64,000 nt of DNA, taken from positions 323,501-387,500 of the forward strand of contig CAVUVW010000017.1 in the NCBI GenBank assembly GCA_963745035.1, given 5' to 3'. The position numbers and the translations under genes are program-made. The DNA comes from an uncultured delta proteobacterium. Lineage in GTDB: Bacteria; Desulfobacterota; Binatia; UBA9968. Below are positions 50,335 to 61,557 of this stretch, piece by piece; position 1 is the first letter of the stretch, and the number at the start of each line of letters is the position of its first letter. The notes below the pieces were generated by a model. The model was not told where the DNA came from, did no database searches, and saw only the letters and a list, made by a program, of their open reading frames with translations.

Positions 50335-53300
50335 CTACTTGATTGTCGTAAAATCGGTTGAAACGGTTTCGCCGGCAGTGTTATGCGCAAAGTACAACGC
50401 CGGCAGATAATGCCCGACTTCATCCAGCGCGTCGGGGTCGACGGCACGAATTCGCGCCAGATCGAGCGTTTCCATCAGCACCTGTTGCAGCGACCAGACC
50501 GTCCAAGGCAAATCGACCTGCGGCGGTACGGCGATCAGGATCGTTTGCGGCGGCGCGGCGTTGGGTTGGTCGTACTGAAAAGAAATCCCGCTGGTCTCGG
50601 TGGCGTTGGGCACGACTTCGACCCATTCGTCGATCAGCAGCCCGGCCAGCGGCTGGCGCACATCAACCAGTGCGGCGGATTGCACGGCGAGGGAAAGTTT
50701 TCCGCCTGGCAGGATCTGTCCCGCTTGGAGCGGCAGGCCGACCCAGCGATCGTTGGCGTCGTAGGGAAGCTGCGCAACACTTAATTTAAGTTTTTCGCCG
50801 GTCTTGAGTGCTTCGGAATAATTAAGTGCCGCGTTAAGCCGAGCCGCGCCCTCGCGCACGCGAGCCATGCGGTGCAACCACGTGGTTGCGGCGAACGGAT
50901 CGCCGCCTTGTACTTTGGTGCTGTCGGCCAGCGCTTTTTGCAGCTCATCGGCGTTCGCCGCGGCAAAACGCGACAGCACGACAAACGCCTTGCCGAAGAC
51001 CATGCGCAGCCGCGCCAGTGCGTATTCACCCCGCGCTTCAACCGTCGCCGCGCTGGAATTAAAACCGCTGGCCCGCGCCGTGAGTTGTTCGACACGCTGC
51101 GCCAACTCTTTGAGCACTGAGCCGGCCTGCAGGAGCAGAATTTGGCGGTCGGCTGACGAATCGCCGGCAGCGGAAAGCGGCACCGCGCCAGGTGCGCTGA
51201 AACCAGCCGAACGCAATAGTAGGTCCCGCAAAATTTCCAGGTTAGCCGTCTCAGCCGCGCTTAACTGCTGTTGGAATTCGTTGGTCGCTTCGCGCAAGGA
51301 CTGTTCGGCGCTCTCTGCGCGCTTTTCCAACTCCACCACGTCCACGCCGGAACTCCCGCTTCGTTCCGGCGGGTTCAAATCCTCCGCGTCAATCCCGCGC
51401 GCGTTGGTGATCAACTTGCGCGCCGTGCGCAGCAACTCGTTGAACTCCCCGTATCCCAACTCACTGGCTGCCCATTCCGGTTTGCGCCCGGGATTGATCC
51501 GCAGCAGCGAACCCGGCGCAAAGCCCTCCGGCTCGCGCATGAGCGCATACAAAATGCGTTGCTCGATCTCCGCTTGCTGTCCGGCTTCTCCGCCTTCGAC
51601 CGCGTAGATGAAATCGAGGGGGGCTAGACGGAGTTTGTCGAGGCGGAGTTCCTTGGTCTCCAGAACCTGTCCGGTCGCCCCTTCCAATCGCTCAACCAGG
51701 CAGCGCACGTTGGCCGGATTGCCAAGCAGTTTTGCCGCCCAGGCGTTTAAGTGCGGCTCGGCGTTGGCGCGCACCGATTGTTGCGACAATCCCCACTCGG
51801 GCGGGAGCTGCGGTTCACCGCTGAACAAGGTCACCAGCCGGTGCGTCAGCGCGATGCCGGTGCGCGGCGTGCGCGCGACTTCGAGTTCGGGCGGCGGCGT
51901 TTCACCGCCGGCGATGGATTCCACTGTCATGGCGGCGCGCACCGGGTTGCCGCGCACGACCTGATGCACGGTTTCGGCCATCAGCGCGTCGCTGACGGCG
52001 TCCACCGAATCGGCCAGCGAGTCGAGTTCGGCCTCCAAAGCGGCTTTTGAGTTTATCAGGTCAGGCAGCGGCGGTTTGTTCGTTAGCGGGGCGAAGAGGA
52101 GTGAGAGCGCGCCGGCGCTCCCGGGCGGCGGCGTTACGCGCCGCAGTAGATCCAGCGCCGCCAGCCAGCGCCGTTGCAACTCGAGGCCGTCCACCACGTT
52201 ATTGGCCGCGATGGCTTCGACCGGTTGATCGGTTTGCTCCAGCTTGCGCGCCACCAGCGGCGCCAGCTCGCGGAAAAACGAAATGAACGGCGCTTTTCCG
52301 GCTTCCTGTAGGCGGCGCTCGAACCGGTAACCGAGCAGCGCGCCGAGCGGCTGCCCTTGCCGTACGCCGTCAAGCAGCCAGGCCGCCAAGCGCACCCGCT
52401 CGGACGACAGATCAATCGCCAGCAAATCGTTCGGCATTTGATTGCCGGCGTGGGCCAGATGGCCGCTGCGCAGCACGGCCGCCGTGGTGGCTTGGGTCAG
52501 CGACGGCGCGTGAACGAAACCGGGATTGCTCGCCGACTGAAAAAGCGGGGCTGATTCGCCCGGCGGCGGCGCGACTGTGATTTGAGCGGTCGCGGGTTGC
52601 AGATTCATCACCCAGCCGTAGCCGCCGAACAGGACACCGGCCGGATTTGCTTTGCGAATCTCGGCCAATCGCTTGGTCGCCAACGAAGTGATCCACGCAT
52701 CGAGCCGGTAGGAGCATAGGTCGAGGGTGCCGGTCATCAACTGTTCGAGTCTAGCGGGAGTGAGTGACTTCAGGTGCGCCAGGCTGGCGCGGAATTCGTC
52801 CAGCGCTTTCAGGTCCGGTTCCCGGTCGACGTCGGGTTCGCCGGAGGGCGTGAAGCCGAGCAGATACTTGCCGAGCTCGACGGGCTCCGGAACGCCTGGC
52901 ACCGTGATCTTCGTTGCCATTTGCCGCCAGACGGTTTGCATCAACTGTCCCAGGGGGAGATCCACCAGCTCTGGCTCGCGCCGCTGTCCGGCCTGCAGTA
53001 GCCCCCGGTTGATGAGCAGCCGCGACGCGCCGGCCGCGTATTCTAACAGCAATGAGTGGCGCAACAGCAAGTAAAGCAGTGTAGGCGGCGGCGGTTGCAG
53101 AATGGTTTCGTGACGAATCGCGTCGAGGTCGCGCGCGGCGAGTAGCGCTTCGATGTAGTTCGGGGTCAGCGGCGAAGTTTCCGCCACCTGCCCTGCTTGC
53201 ACCAACGCTCCTGTGAGGTTCGCGACGGGCGGTGCAAACACACCTTGCGCCAGCCGCGGTCGCCAAGTCACACCCAGCGTTTGCAACAACGCCGCAGCGC

Positions 53301-55083
53301 GCTGGTCTTGTATCGCCGACCACGCGGACGTGGAGGCGCGCTTGGCGGCGATCAAAGCGAGCCTTTGCCGGCGCGCCGCCATTACGGCGGCCCATCGCTC
53401 ATGCGCCCGGGCATAGGCAAGCCTTCTCTGCTGCGCAGCCCGGATCCAAGCGATCCTTTCCCTCGGCGTCAAGTCCTCGGGAGGCTCCTCTTCCTCGGGA
53501 GCCTCCGGCTCCGGCGGCGGCTCTTCGACAACGGCCCCCCAAACGTCCAAAAAGATTTCGGCGCTCAAAAACACCCACAAATGTTCCAGGTAGTGGCGAC
53601 CCATCAGGTTGCGCATCGAGTAGTTGGACGACTGTCCATCCATGCTCAAGACCTCGGCCAGATCTTTGTCGATGCCTTTTTCCTGGTCGAAGTCATCGCT
53701 CCGGCCGAGGCGCGGGACTTCCGGAAAATCACGCCGCCACAGGTCGCGTAAACGGATCAGAAAATCCCGCAACGCGACGTCGCGCGCCGATGGATTCGTT
53801 TGATCGGCCGGCGCCTGCCAAGCGTTGAGCGAAGTCACCGGCAGAATGCCATAGGGCTGTCTGCCGATGCGCAAGGCCGGCAGCGGCCCGCTCGCGCGCA
53901 CGTAGTCGATGAAATGGCTGCGCGCCCAAGCGATATCGTCGTCGCTGAGGGGGCTTTCACCGGCTGCGCCGACACCGAGCATCTGCAACAGGAAATAGCC
54001 CCACGTCGCCTGCCACAAGGCCGTGTTCATGTGGCGCCCATCGAGCTGTTCTTTTGCCGTAGCGTTGGGAAGATTGGCAAACACCTGACCGGCGTTCGCC
54101 AGGCCGAAGGCGGTTGCCAGCACATCGGCATTCGAGCCATCGCCAGGTTGAAATGCCGCGGCGCTGCGTTCGGCCAGATAGCTCGCTTCATGGCCGGCGT
54201 CTTTGGAGCTGAATCCGGAAGGCGCATCCGCCGTGTTATTGGAAGGGGTGCCGGGCGGGACAAAGCTTAGCCCGCCGGTGTAGTGGTGCGCGTTGAACAA
54301 TTCCGCCAGATTCGGCGCCCAGTCTGTGGTCCGGTCAAGCGAATCTTTGATGCCCATCACCAGAAGAAAATCCAATCCTGCAGCGGCATCTTCTTTCGTC
54401 AGTCTTGCGCGAATCCCCATGCCGACTGTTTCCGCCACGTCGAAATCCACCATCCACTTCATGCCGGCGTCGATGCCGAGTTGATCGATAGTGGCCGACG
54501 GCGAGGGGTCGGGGCCGGTCGCCAGCGTGTCTGAAATCAATCCTCCTTTGACGTTCACCACCAGCCGGCCGTTCTTGTAACCGAGCACGATCCACTGGTT
54601 CGGCAACACGCGCGCCACCGGTGCGCGCGTCCAGGTCTCGCTATTCGTCGCGGGAGATGGAAAACGCGCGGGTTTCGGGAGCGGCTGATCGGCAGCGATA
54701 GGACTTGCCGGGCGGTCTTCGGGATTGAGCGGTTTGAGCGCGCGGGCGATCCATGCGGCGCGCGGCGGATCGAAGCGATCAGCCAGCTGGCGCCAGGCGG
54801 TTTTTCCGCGTTCTTCGTCGTTCCCGGCGCGCCAAGTCTGTTCCCAGAAATGCTCGCCCCAAGTCACCTCGTCGGCGGTCAGCTCAGGCTCGTGCGTATC
54901 GATGTGTACCGTATCGGGGTAGACGCGCACGCGCAGCTCGGAGCTGCCGTCGGCTTGCGCAAAGAAACGGGTTTCCAACCGCACCGGGAACAGGACAACC
55001 GGCCGGGCGGGACCAAACGATAACTGCACCCCAAGTTCGGGTGCGTTTGGAATGTTGGGAATCTCAGGATTAGGAGTAAGCAT
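50335..55083 (-). CDS. Large hypothetical protein (1582 aa)
   Basis: Uninterrupted 4.7-kb ORF with motifs [54 protein letters not shown]. No function recognised. Confidence 0.85.
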   Translation of the reverse strand: MLTPNPEIPNIPNAPELGVQLSFGPARPVVLFPVRLETRFFAQADGSSELRVRVYPDTVHIDTHEPELTADEVTWGEHFWEQTWRAGNDEERGKTAWRQLADRFDPPRAAWIARALKPLNPEDRPASPIAADQPLPKPARFPSPATNSETWTRAPVARVLPNQWIVLGYKNGRLVVNVKGGLISDTLATGPDPSPSATIDQLGIDAGMKWMVDFDVAETVGMGIRARLTKEDAAAGLDFLLVMGIKDSLDRTTDWAPNLAELFNAHHYTGGLSFVPPGTPSNNTADAPSGFSSKDAGHEASYLAERSAAAFQPGDGSNADVLATAFGLANAGQVFANLPNATAKEQLDGRHMNTALWQATWGYFLLQMLGVGAAGESPLSDDDIAWARSHFIDYVRASGPLPALRIGRQPYGILPVTSLNAWQAPADQTNPSARDVALRDFLIRLRDLWRRDFPEVPRLGRSDDFDQEKGIDKDLAEVLSMDGQSSNYSMRNLMGRHYLEHLWVFLSAEIFLDVWGAVVEEPPPEPEAPEEEEPPEDLTPRERIAWIRAAQQRRLAYARAHERWAAVMAARRQRLALIAAKRASTSAWSAIQDQRAAALLQTLGVTWRPRLAQGVFAPPVANLTGALVQAGQVAETSPLTPNYIEALLAARDLDAIRHETILQPPPPTLLYLLLRHSLLLEYAAGASRLLINRGLLQAGQRREPELVDLPLGQLMQTVWRQMATKITVPGVPEPVELGKYLLGFTPSGEPDVDREPDLKALDEFRASLAHLKSLTPARLEQLMTGTLDLCSYRLDAWITSLATKRLAEIRKANPAGVLFGGYGWVMNLQPATAQITVAPPPGESAPLFQSASNPGFVHAPSLTQATTAAVLRSGHLAHAGNQMPNDLLAIDLSSERVRLAAWLLDGVRQGQPLGALLGYRFERRLQEAGKAPFISFFRELAPLVARKLEQTDQPVEAIAANNVVDGLELQRRWLAALDLLRRVTPPPGSAGALSLLFAPLTNKPPLPDLINSKAALEAELDSLADSVDAVSDALMAETVHQVVRGNPVRAAMTVESIAGGETPPPELEVARTPRTGIALTHRLVTLFSGEPQLPPEWGLSQQSVRANAEPHLNAWAAKLLGNPANVRCLVERLEGATGQVLETKELRLDKLRLAPLDFIYAVEGGEAGQQAEIEQRILYALMREPEGFAPGSLLRINPGRKPEWAASELGYGEFNELLRTARKLITNARGIDAEDLNPPERSGSSGVDVVELEKRAESAEQSLREATNEFQQQLSAAETANLEILRDLLLRSAGFSAPGAVPLSAAGDSSADRQILLLQAGSVLKELAQRVEQLTARASGFNSSAATVEARGEYALARLRMVFGKAFVVLSRFAAANADELQKALADSTKVQGGDPFAATTWLHRMARVREGAARLNAALNYSEALKTGEKLKLSVAQLPYDANDRWVGLPLQAGQILPGGKLSLAVQSAALVDVRQPLAGLLIDEWVEVVPNATETSGISFQYDQPNAAPPQTILIAVPPQVDLPWTVWSLQQVLMETLDLARIRAVDPDALDEVGHYLPALYFAHNTAGETVSTDFTTIK

Positions 55084-55086
55084 GAA

Positions 55087-57964
55087 TCACGTCGGGCCTT
55101 GTTTAATCATTTCTTTCGCGTGAATCGCGATGCGCACCGGTCGCTGCAAGGTGATGTAAGCCTGGTGCGCGGAGTTCTTACCCCACTTCGCCTTGTCAGC
55201 AACGTCCGGCAGCGCTGTTTTGGTCGAGGCATGCGAGAGAGCCGTCAATTCTGCTTCGGTGTTGGCGAGATGCCGCCAGCTTAGATCGTTCCACGTGGCC
55301 AAGGCGGGCAGCGGTTTCGCGAAGTTCGCGACGTCCATCCCGAAGCGCGGCTCGGTCGGCTGCTCCTGGATCACGAAGAACCAGCCGGGCTCGGCGATGG
55401 CTTCTTTATCGGTCAGCGCAAAACCCAAAAACGTGACGTCCGGTTTCAGCGTGCCGCGAAAGAGCGGATGACTTTCCTTAGCCGGGTCGGATGACAGCTC
55501 AAGCTGATCTCCTTCTCGCACCGCCGCCACGGCGTAGATCACCGAGTTCGGGTAGCGTCGCAGCAGCTCACCGCGAATGAGCAGGACCAATTGTTCGCCC
55601 GCGCCGGCATTCTCGCCGAGCTTGCGGTCGCGCCATTGGTTGATCCTGTCGATATCCGGTTGATCACTGCCCGCCGAGGTATCCCAGAACTGGCGAAAAT
55701 ACGTGCCGCGCTGGTCGGTCGGATAGTTCCGCCAGAGCAGTTCACGGCTCATTTCGGCATTGAGTCCGACCAGGAACGCTTCGACGAATTTCGGATTGGT
55801 CTCGAGCAAGGTGACGGTGTTCGCCGGCACCTGCTCTAAACCGGGAAACAAAAATTCCTGCGAGAGGTCGCGTATGGCTTCATACATAGGTTGCGGGAAA
55901 TCGGGCGCATCGAGGATGGGCTCGAGGGGATCGGCACGCGACTCCGTATCGCCGGCGATGACCAGCGAAGCCTGTACACGCGCCTTGATGGTCTTGTCGG
56001 GATTGACGCTTTGCAGCAGCTGCGCTTTGGTGTCGGTCAGATTCATCTGAACCGGCGCCGAGAAGTTTATCGAAGATTTTATCGAAGGCGTAAACGCCTG
56101 CTGCAGGTAAGCTTGGTGCGCCTTCGCCGCATTGCGAAATGCCTGCGCGTCGGCGCTGTCGGCCGGCTGCGCGGACTGGAAGTCCAACAGGCTGCGCTTC
56201 GCTGCGCCCTCGGCCGCAACCGTAAAATCGCCCAGCAGGGGCGTGGCGTCGAGCGCGTTGATGGCATTTTCGAAGCGAACGGTTTGCTTGATTTGCCCCG
56301 CCAACCCCCCGCCCTGATTATCCGAAACCTGGTTGAGCGTCACCAGACCGGCTTCGTTCTTCTGCGGCTGGACAATCAACTTCGTGTTCAACGTGGCCAC
56401 GATGGCGATGGGCGGTGCACTGCCCGTCTTGAAGCGGGTGCTGACCACGCCGCGCGGGCTCGTCAACCGGCGCAACGGCGCGGAGACGGCTCTGGCCGGG
56501 ATCGCCGATTGAGAAATCCTTTGTGACAACAGCATCCGCGTGTTGTTGGCGCCCGTGGATTCGACGACGACACGGGCTTGCGCCGAACCGACGACTTTCA
56601 GCAGTGTCTCTTCGGAAAATCGGCTGAAGTGCCGGGCATAGTAAACGCCATTGACGGCGCGGCCGAACTGGGCCTGACGCTGTATTTGATTGATCCGTTC
56701 GATCTCGCCGAGTTGTTCCCACGCCGAGGCCATCAACGGCTCTTGCTGATCCTGCACCACCGCGGTGCCGAGCGCAGCAATCGCTCGATGGCGCGGATCG
56801 AGATTCAGTTCATCCAGCCAGGTCGCTGACGCAGGCGGGGCGGGAGCCAAGTCCACGGTGTGCCGCGCTGCCTGCCAGCAGCCGTAAATCGGCGGCGCGA
56901 GTAGCGGGTCTGCGCCCTCCTCTGCCGCGGCCCGCGACGGCGCATCGAGGATTTTTTTGAGCTCGCTCTGAAAAATCTTTCGAGCCTCTTCCGGCCATTC
57001 GGAAGCGGTCGCATCCAAGCGGCGCAACGCGCCTTCAAGATCGAGCACGGTGTCCGATGGCAGCGGCGTCGTCGTGTGGAATCCGGGTTGGCTGATGTCC
57101 ATCGGGCGTTTGCCGACTTCCGCCGGCAGTTGGCGCGAATCGCGCGCTTCGAGCAAGCCCACCAGCGCTTCGAAATCACCGCCGGTACCGGTGCGAAACT
57201 CCCATTGAAAATAGACGGGCAACGTTACTTGGGAAGGAGATTCCGCTCCCGTCGTCCAAGCCGGTTTCAACTGGTTTTCGTCCTCGGGCTGAATCGGTAA
57301 ACCGAGGCCGGCTTTAAGTCCAAGCTCAAATGCCGGCACCACACACGCCAAATACTCCGTCAGCGGATCGAGGCGGCGCGGACAGACCAACCGCGACACC
57401 GTCAGCGCGGGCGCGCCGGTCAACGCTTGCTTCAGCGAACCAGCATCGCGCCCGCTGCCCGCAATCTGCGCGTGCGCCCACGCCCACGACTCGGATAAAT
57501 CCGGCAGCTCGCGCTCGGGCCGGGCGGGCGCATTGATTTCGAGCACCGGCAGCGGCAGATTGCGGTCGGTGCGCAAACTGACGCCTTCCTGTTTGCGCAC
57601 AACCACCAAGCACAGCCATGGACGCAGCTTGCCGGCGCCATCCGCCTTCGCCGGCGTGAAGAGCCAAGGAAAGTCGGGGCGATCAAAGTCAATCGCCGGA
57701 AAGTAGTTCGGCTCGAAATCCGTGGCGAGATGGCGCGGTTCCGTGCGCACCACCTGCTGCGGATCGATGCCGGTGACATCGCCGGGGCCGTACAGGCGCA
57801 CTTGCCGATCGACGTCATCGGCGCTGTTGATCGCGCAGCTTGACGGGCACCGAAACGACGCCGGCTTGATTGGCAGTCAAGCCGTCGGGTGTCTGAATGC
57901 CGGACGCAGCTCCCTGCCGCACCCACGGCAGGAACACATAATTTGCGGACGTTGGTTCAGCCAT
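55087..57964 (-). CDS. Large hypothetical protein (~960 aa; frameshift near 57830)
   Basis: Probable start MAEPTSANYVFLPWVRQG at 57964 (GAGGTG RBS); LYGPGDVTGID, EPNYFP, DFPWLFTP, YPTDQRGTYFRQFWD, RGELLRRYP. Confidence 0.82.
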
Positions 57965-57990
57965 GGCCACCTCGCCTATGAGAATTTATT

Positions 57991-58085
57991 GTTCCAATGG
58001 TTCCAAAAGTTCCAACCCCTCCGTCTCCCCGCGACGCGAGATCGTCGCCGGGAAGGATTTAACGAGGGGCTTGAACGATTTGAAC
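57991..58085. repeat. Palindromic intergenic element with 9-nt periodic arms
   Basis: GTTCCA x3 at 9-nt spacing (57991, 58000, 58009); core TCCCC-GCGACG-CGAGAT-CGTCGC-CGGGA; TTGAAC x2 at 9-nt spacing (58071, 58080). Confidence 0.65.
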
Positions 58086-58091
58086 TCACTT

Positions 58092-61000
58092 TTAGTTACC
58101 GCCAACCTCCGACAGCCGCAGGATCTTAAAGCCGCCGGCTTTGCCGTGGTCGTTGCCGTTGCAGTTCTCTCAACCCCTGCGCCGCCTCCGAATAGGACGC
58201 CGGTCTGCCCGCTTCGATGCCCGGCACAGCCTGCACCGTCAGATCCTCCGTCGCCACGATGCTCCAACCTTCTTTGGCAATCCGGTGTTTTCCCACCACC
58301 GAACGGTATTTGGCCTTGCCGCTGCGCCGAATCGCCGCCGCCCCGGCAGCGCCGAAGCGCGCCTGCTTGCCAAATAGTTCTGCGCTCAATCGATACAAAT
58401 GCTCTGGATCGCTGCGGCGCGTTTCCTTGTTCTCTTTGTTCATGATAAGCGTCTCGAATTTTATCGCTTCGACTTCCAGCCAATCGTCGGCGTTCGACGG
58501 TAAAAGCAAACTCCTCCGAGCCGATACTCATCCCCGCAGCCATCGGTTCAAAAGAAGGCCGGGAAAGCTTTTCGTCGTCGCTCATCTCGAAGAACTGCGC
58601 CGGGGCGAAGAATTCTTTGACCGGCTCGGTCGTCTGACTGTGTTCGCCCAGGCTGACACTGCTGATCGTGAAGCGGCGCGCTCCGGCGGGCGCGGCTTGG
58701 CCGAACCGGGAAATATCGATGTCCAATGGCACGATGCTCTGTTTGACCGTCAAGGTGCCGAGCGGGTGGAGCAACACTTCGGTCGCCGCTCTCGGCTTTT
58801 CTCGCAGAGTGACCATGGGACGTTGGCCGGCGGGAAGCTGTCCCACCCAGTTGCCGGGATTGCCCAGCGCTTCTTTGAGTCGCGGCAACACGTCGATGGG
58901 TTCCGGCAGTGGCGGCTTCTCTCCTCCGACCAGCGTCTTGTCGACCCGGATCGAAACGTCCCACCAGAGAATCTCAAACGTCGCTTTGGCTTTGACATGC
59001 AGCGGCCGCGGCCCGGCGAGCGCGCCTTCGACTTTGACTTTGAATAAGTTGCTCGAGCCGCGCTTGAGCTGCACCTGGGCGTAGAACTCGGCGAGAAATT
59101 GAAACGGGTCGAGCTGGATCAACACGTCGAAGCCGATTTCGCCGTGAATGCTGAAGCCGGCCGCGGAAGCGTAGAGCTCGGCGCGGGCGCCGAATTGCAC
59201 GGTGTTGGCCGTGAGCGCGAAGTACGCTTCGCAGCGAATGCGCGGGTTGTCGCCCGAGGAGAGATTGATCGCGATGCGCTCGAGCTTGGGAAAATTGGCC
59301 GGCGGGTTGAACGCCGGATGCAGGCCGCCGATGGCGAGCGCGAAGTTGGGCGAGCCTTCCCATTTCATGCGCATCGCCATGTCGCCCGTCAAAACGAACT
59401 TCTTGAGCAACCGCGAATCGTAGAGCGTGGCGTCGAGCGCGGCCGTGCCTTGATCGAAGTCGATCACGCCGATGGCGTCCATCTGCAAGCGCACCAGATC
59501 GTTTTCCCGTTTGGGCAAAATCGCCACGACCTGGGCGAGAATCAGCAGCCGCAGCCGGGCGCCGAACTCGAGCACGACGGCGAGATCGGCGGTGATCAGC
59601 GCCGGTGTGCCCCAGGCGATCTGCACCATCGGCCCGAACAGATGGTGGCCGTTGGCGGGCGGGAAGACTTTATTCAAGTTGCTGAGGATCTGCGGGGCGT
59701 TGCGGATCGGATCGTGGGGAAACATCACGCTGTCGAGCGTGTGGTTCTTGAGCCCGGCGCGCAGCGCTTCTTCGTCGAAGGTGCGGTTGATCGCCAACAG
59801 CCCGCCGATGCCGGTCAAGCACAAAACCATAGCCCAGTTGGATCGGCGCAAAGCCTTCGGCGGTAATAATGACCATCAACGAGTAGCCCTTGGCGCCTCC
59901 GGGCATCCGCGTGGTCAACAATCCGATCGCTTTGACCGCGATCTTCTCGGCAATCTCGAGTTGCAATATCCCGCTGTATTCTTCTTTCTCGGGATCGAAG
60001 CGCAGGAAGCCGCCGCCCACCACCACCGAGGCGTCGATCGCCAGGCCCAAGCCGATCCGGCGGCTTGAAAGAAATGTCGAGATCCGCCGGACCGAGGTTG
60101 CCGCCGCTGTTCGGGAAAGGTCACTGCCGTCGTGATGCCAATGCGCTCGATTGCCACGCGAACTGGGCCAAGCGACAACCCAACATTTGCTGACACCTCT
60201 GCCAGCAGAGCTGCGTCGCTCGCATGCAGACCCAGGTGGATCGTGGGTACGGTGAGCACGTCGCGGATCGACAGACCGACCGGCAATAGTCGCATCGAGG
60301 CTGCCGGCGCCGCGAAAAGTCAGGCCCCGTTCGTTCGACCATTCCAAACCCAAGTCGAATTTCGCCTGCAGTGCCGTCAGCAGGCAGGATCGCTGCTGCA
60401 GAAAGCCATCGCCGTCACCCGGCGCGATGATGATCGCCGATGACGACACGTTGGCCGAAAGCGCCAGTGATTGCCGCGCCTCGGAAAGCGCGGTGTCGAT
60501 GCTCAGCCTGGCGCCGCCGATTTCGATGCGTGTGCCGTCCGTCGAACCGAAGACGAATCCGGGCTCGTCCTCAAGACTCGCGAGCGTGGCCGATGCGCTG
60601 CCCTTGGCCTCGACGGTGCCCGGGTTGGCGAGCAGCGTCACGCCATGCCGGCCCCAGGCGACCACATCGACGCCGGCCGTGAGATCGGCTGCCAGCTTCC
60701 ACGGGCCGGCGCTGCCTTGCACGGCGATCGTGCCGAAGGGGCTGATGACAAGGCCAAGGTCGCCCTGCTGCGCGGCCGACAGTGAGAGCACCACCCCTGA
60801 TTCCGCCGCCGCGCCGTACAGCGGATCGTCGACGTACACGATCAGCGCGTGGCCCATCAGCGGGACAGCGTCGCCGAGGAAGGTGGCATCGTCCGGGTCG
60901 AAGCCGTAGCGGCAGGAAACGCCAAGCGCACGCAGCAGGCGCTCCAGCCGCGGGAAGAGCTTGTCGGCCATGGCATTCGCATCGGCCACCGTCTGCATCG

Positions 61001-61557
61001 CGTTGCCGTACTCGGCGCGCAGCACGGCCAGCGGGTCTTTCACCAGCGCGGGGAGGCGGTCGAGGTGCCAGCGGTCGAGACGGTAGGTGTCGCGCACCAG
61101 GCGACCGTCCTTCACGACGGGCGCGTTGCCCTGCCCGTTCGTTGGCCGGTTCGAGCAGGGTCAGCAGTGCCGCTGCGGGCCGTGCGGCCGGGACGCGGCT
61201 TTCGAGAAAGGCCATCAGCAGCAGATCGACGAGTTCGCGGCCCAGGCCTTCGAGTGCGGCGAGCGGGCCCTGCTGCTCGAGCTTGCGCAAGGCTTCGAAG
61301 GCATCGGCGGCCGCATCGAGCACGGCGGCGATGCTCTCGAACGACGGCGTCTGCTGCGCGCCCAGTGCCTCGATGCGGTCTTTCAGTTCCGCGATGGCGG
61401 AGAGGGATTGCAGCAGCGCGTTGCTGTTCGCTTCCGGCGGCACGCCGAGTTCGGCCAACAGGCGCGGTAGCAGGCCCGGCTCTTCGACCACGCGGACGAT
61501 CGGTGCAAGTAACACCGAGAGGCCACGCGAGAGCGAATCAAACAGCGATGAGCTCAT
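58092..61557 (-). CDS. DUF6603-like large beta-rich protein, split by several frameshifts
   Basis: Pieces: helical N-terminus, beta-strand-rich middle (GLGLAIDASVVVGGGFL...APIQLGYGF, TGIGGLLAINR), GGLHPAF, YFALTANTVQFG, EFFAPAQFFEMSDDEKLSRPSFE. Family call is from recollection and needs an HMM check. Confidence 0.65.

Noticed and set aside
50211-50447. Upstream extension of the 830-aa ORF
   Set aside because: It overlaps the previous gene, and a strong RBS supports the start at 50210.
57991-58085. GTTCCAAT-like repeats as a CRISPR array
   Set aside because: The period is 9 nt, there are no spacers and no cas genes are present.
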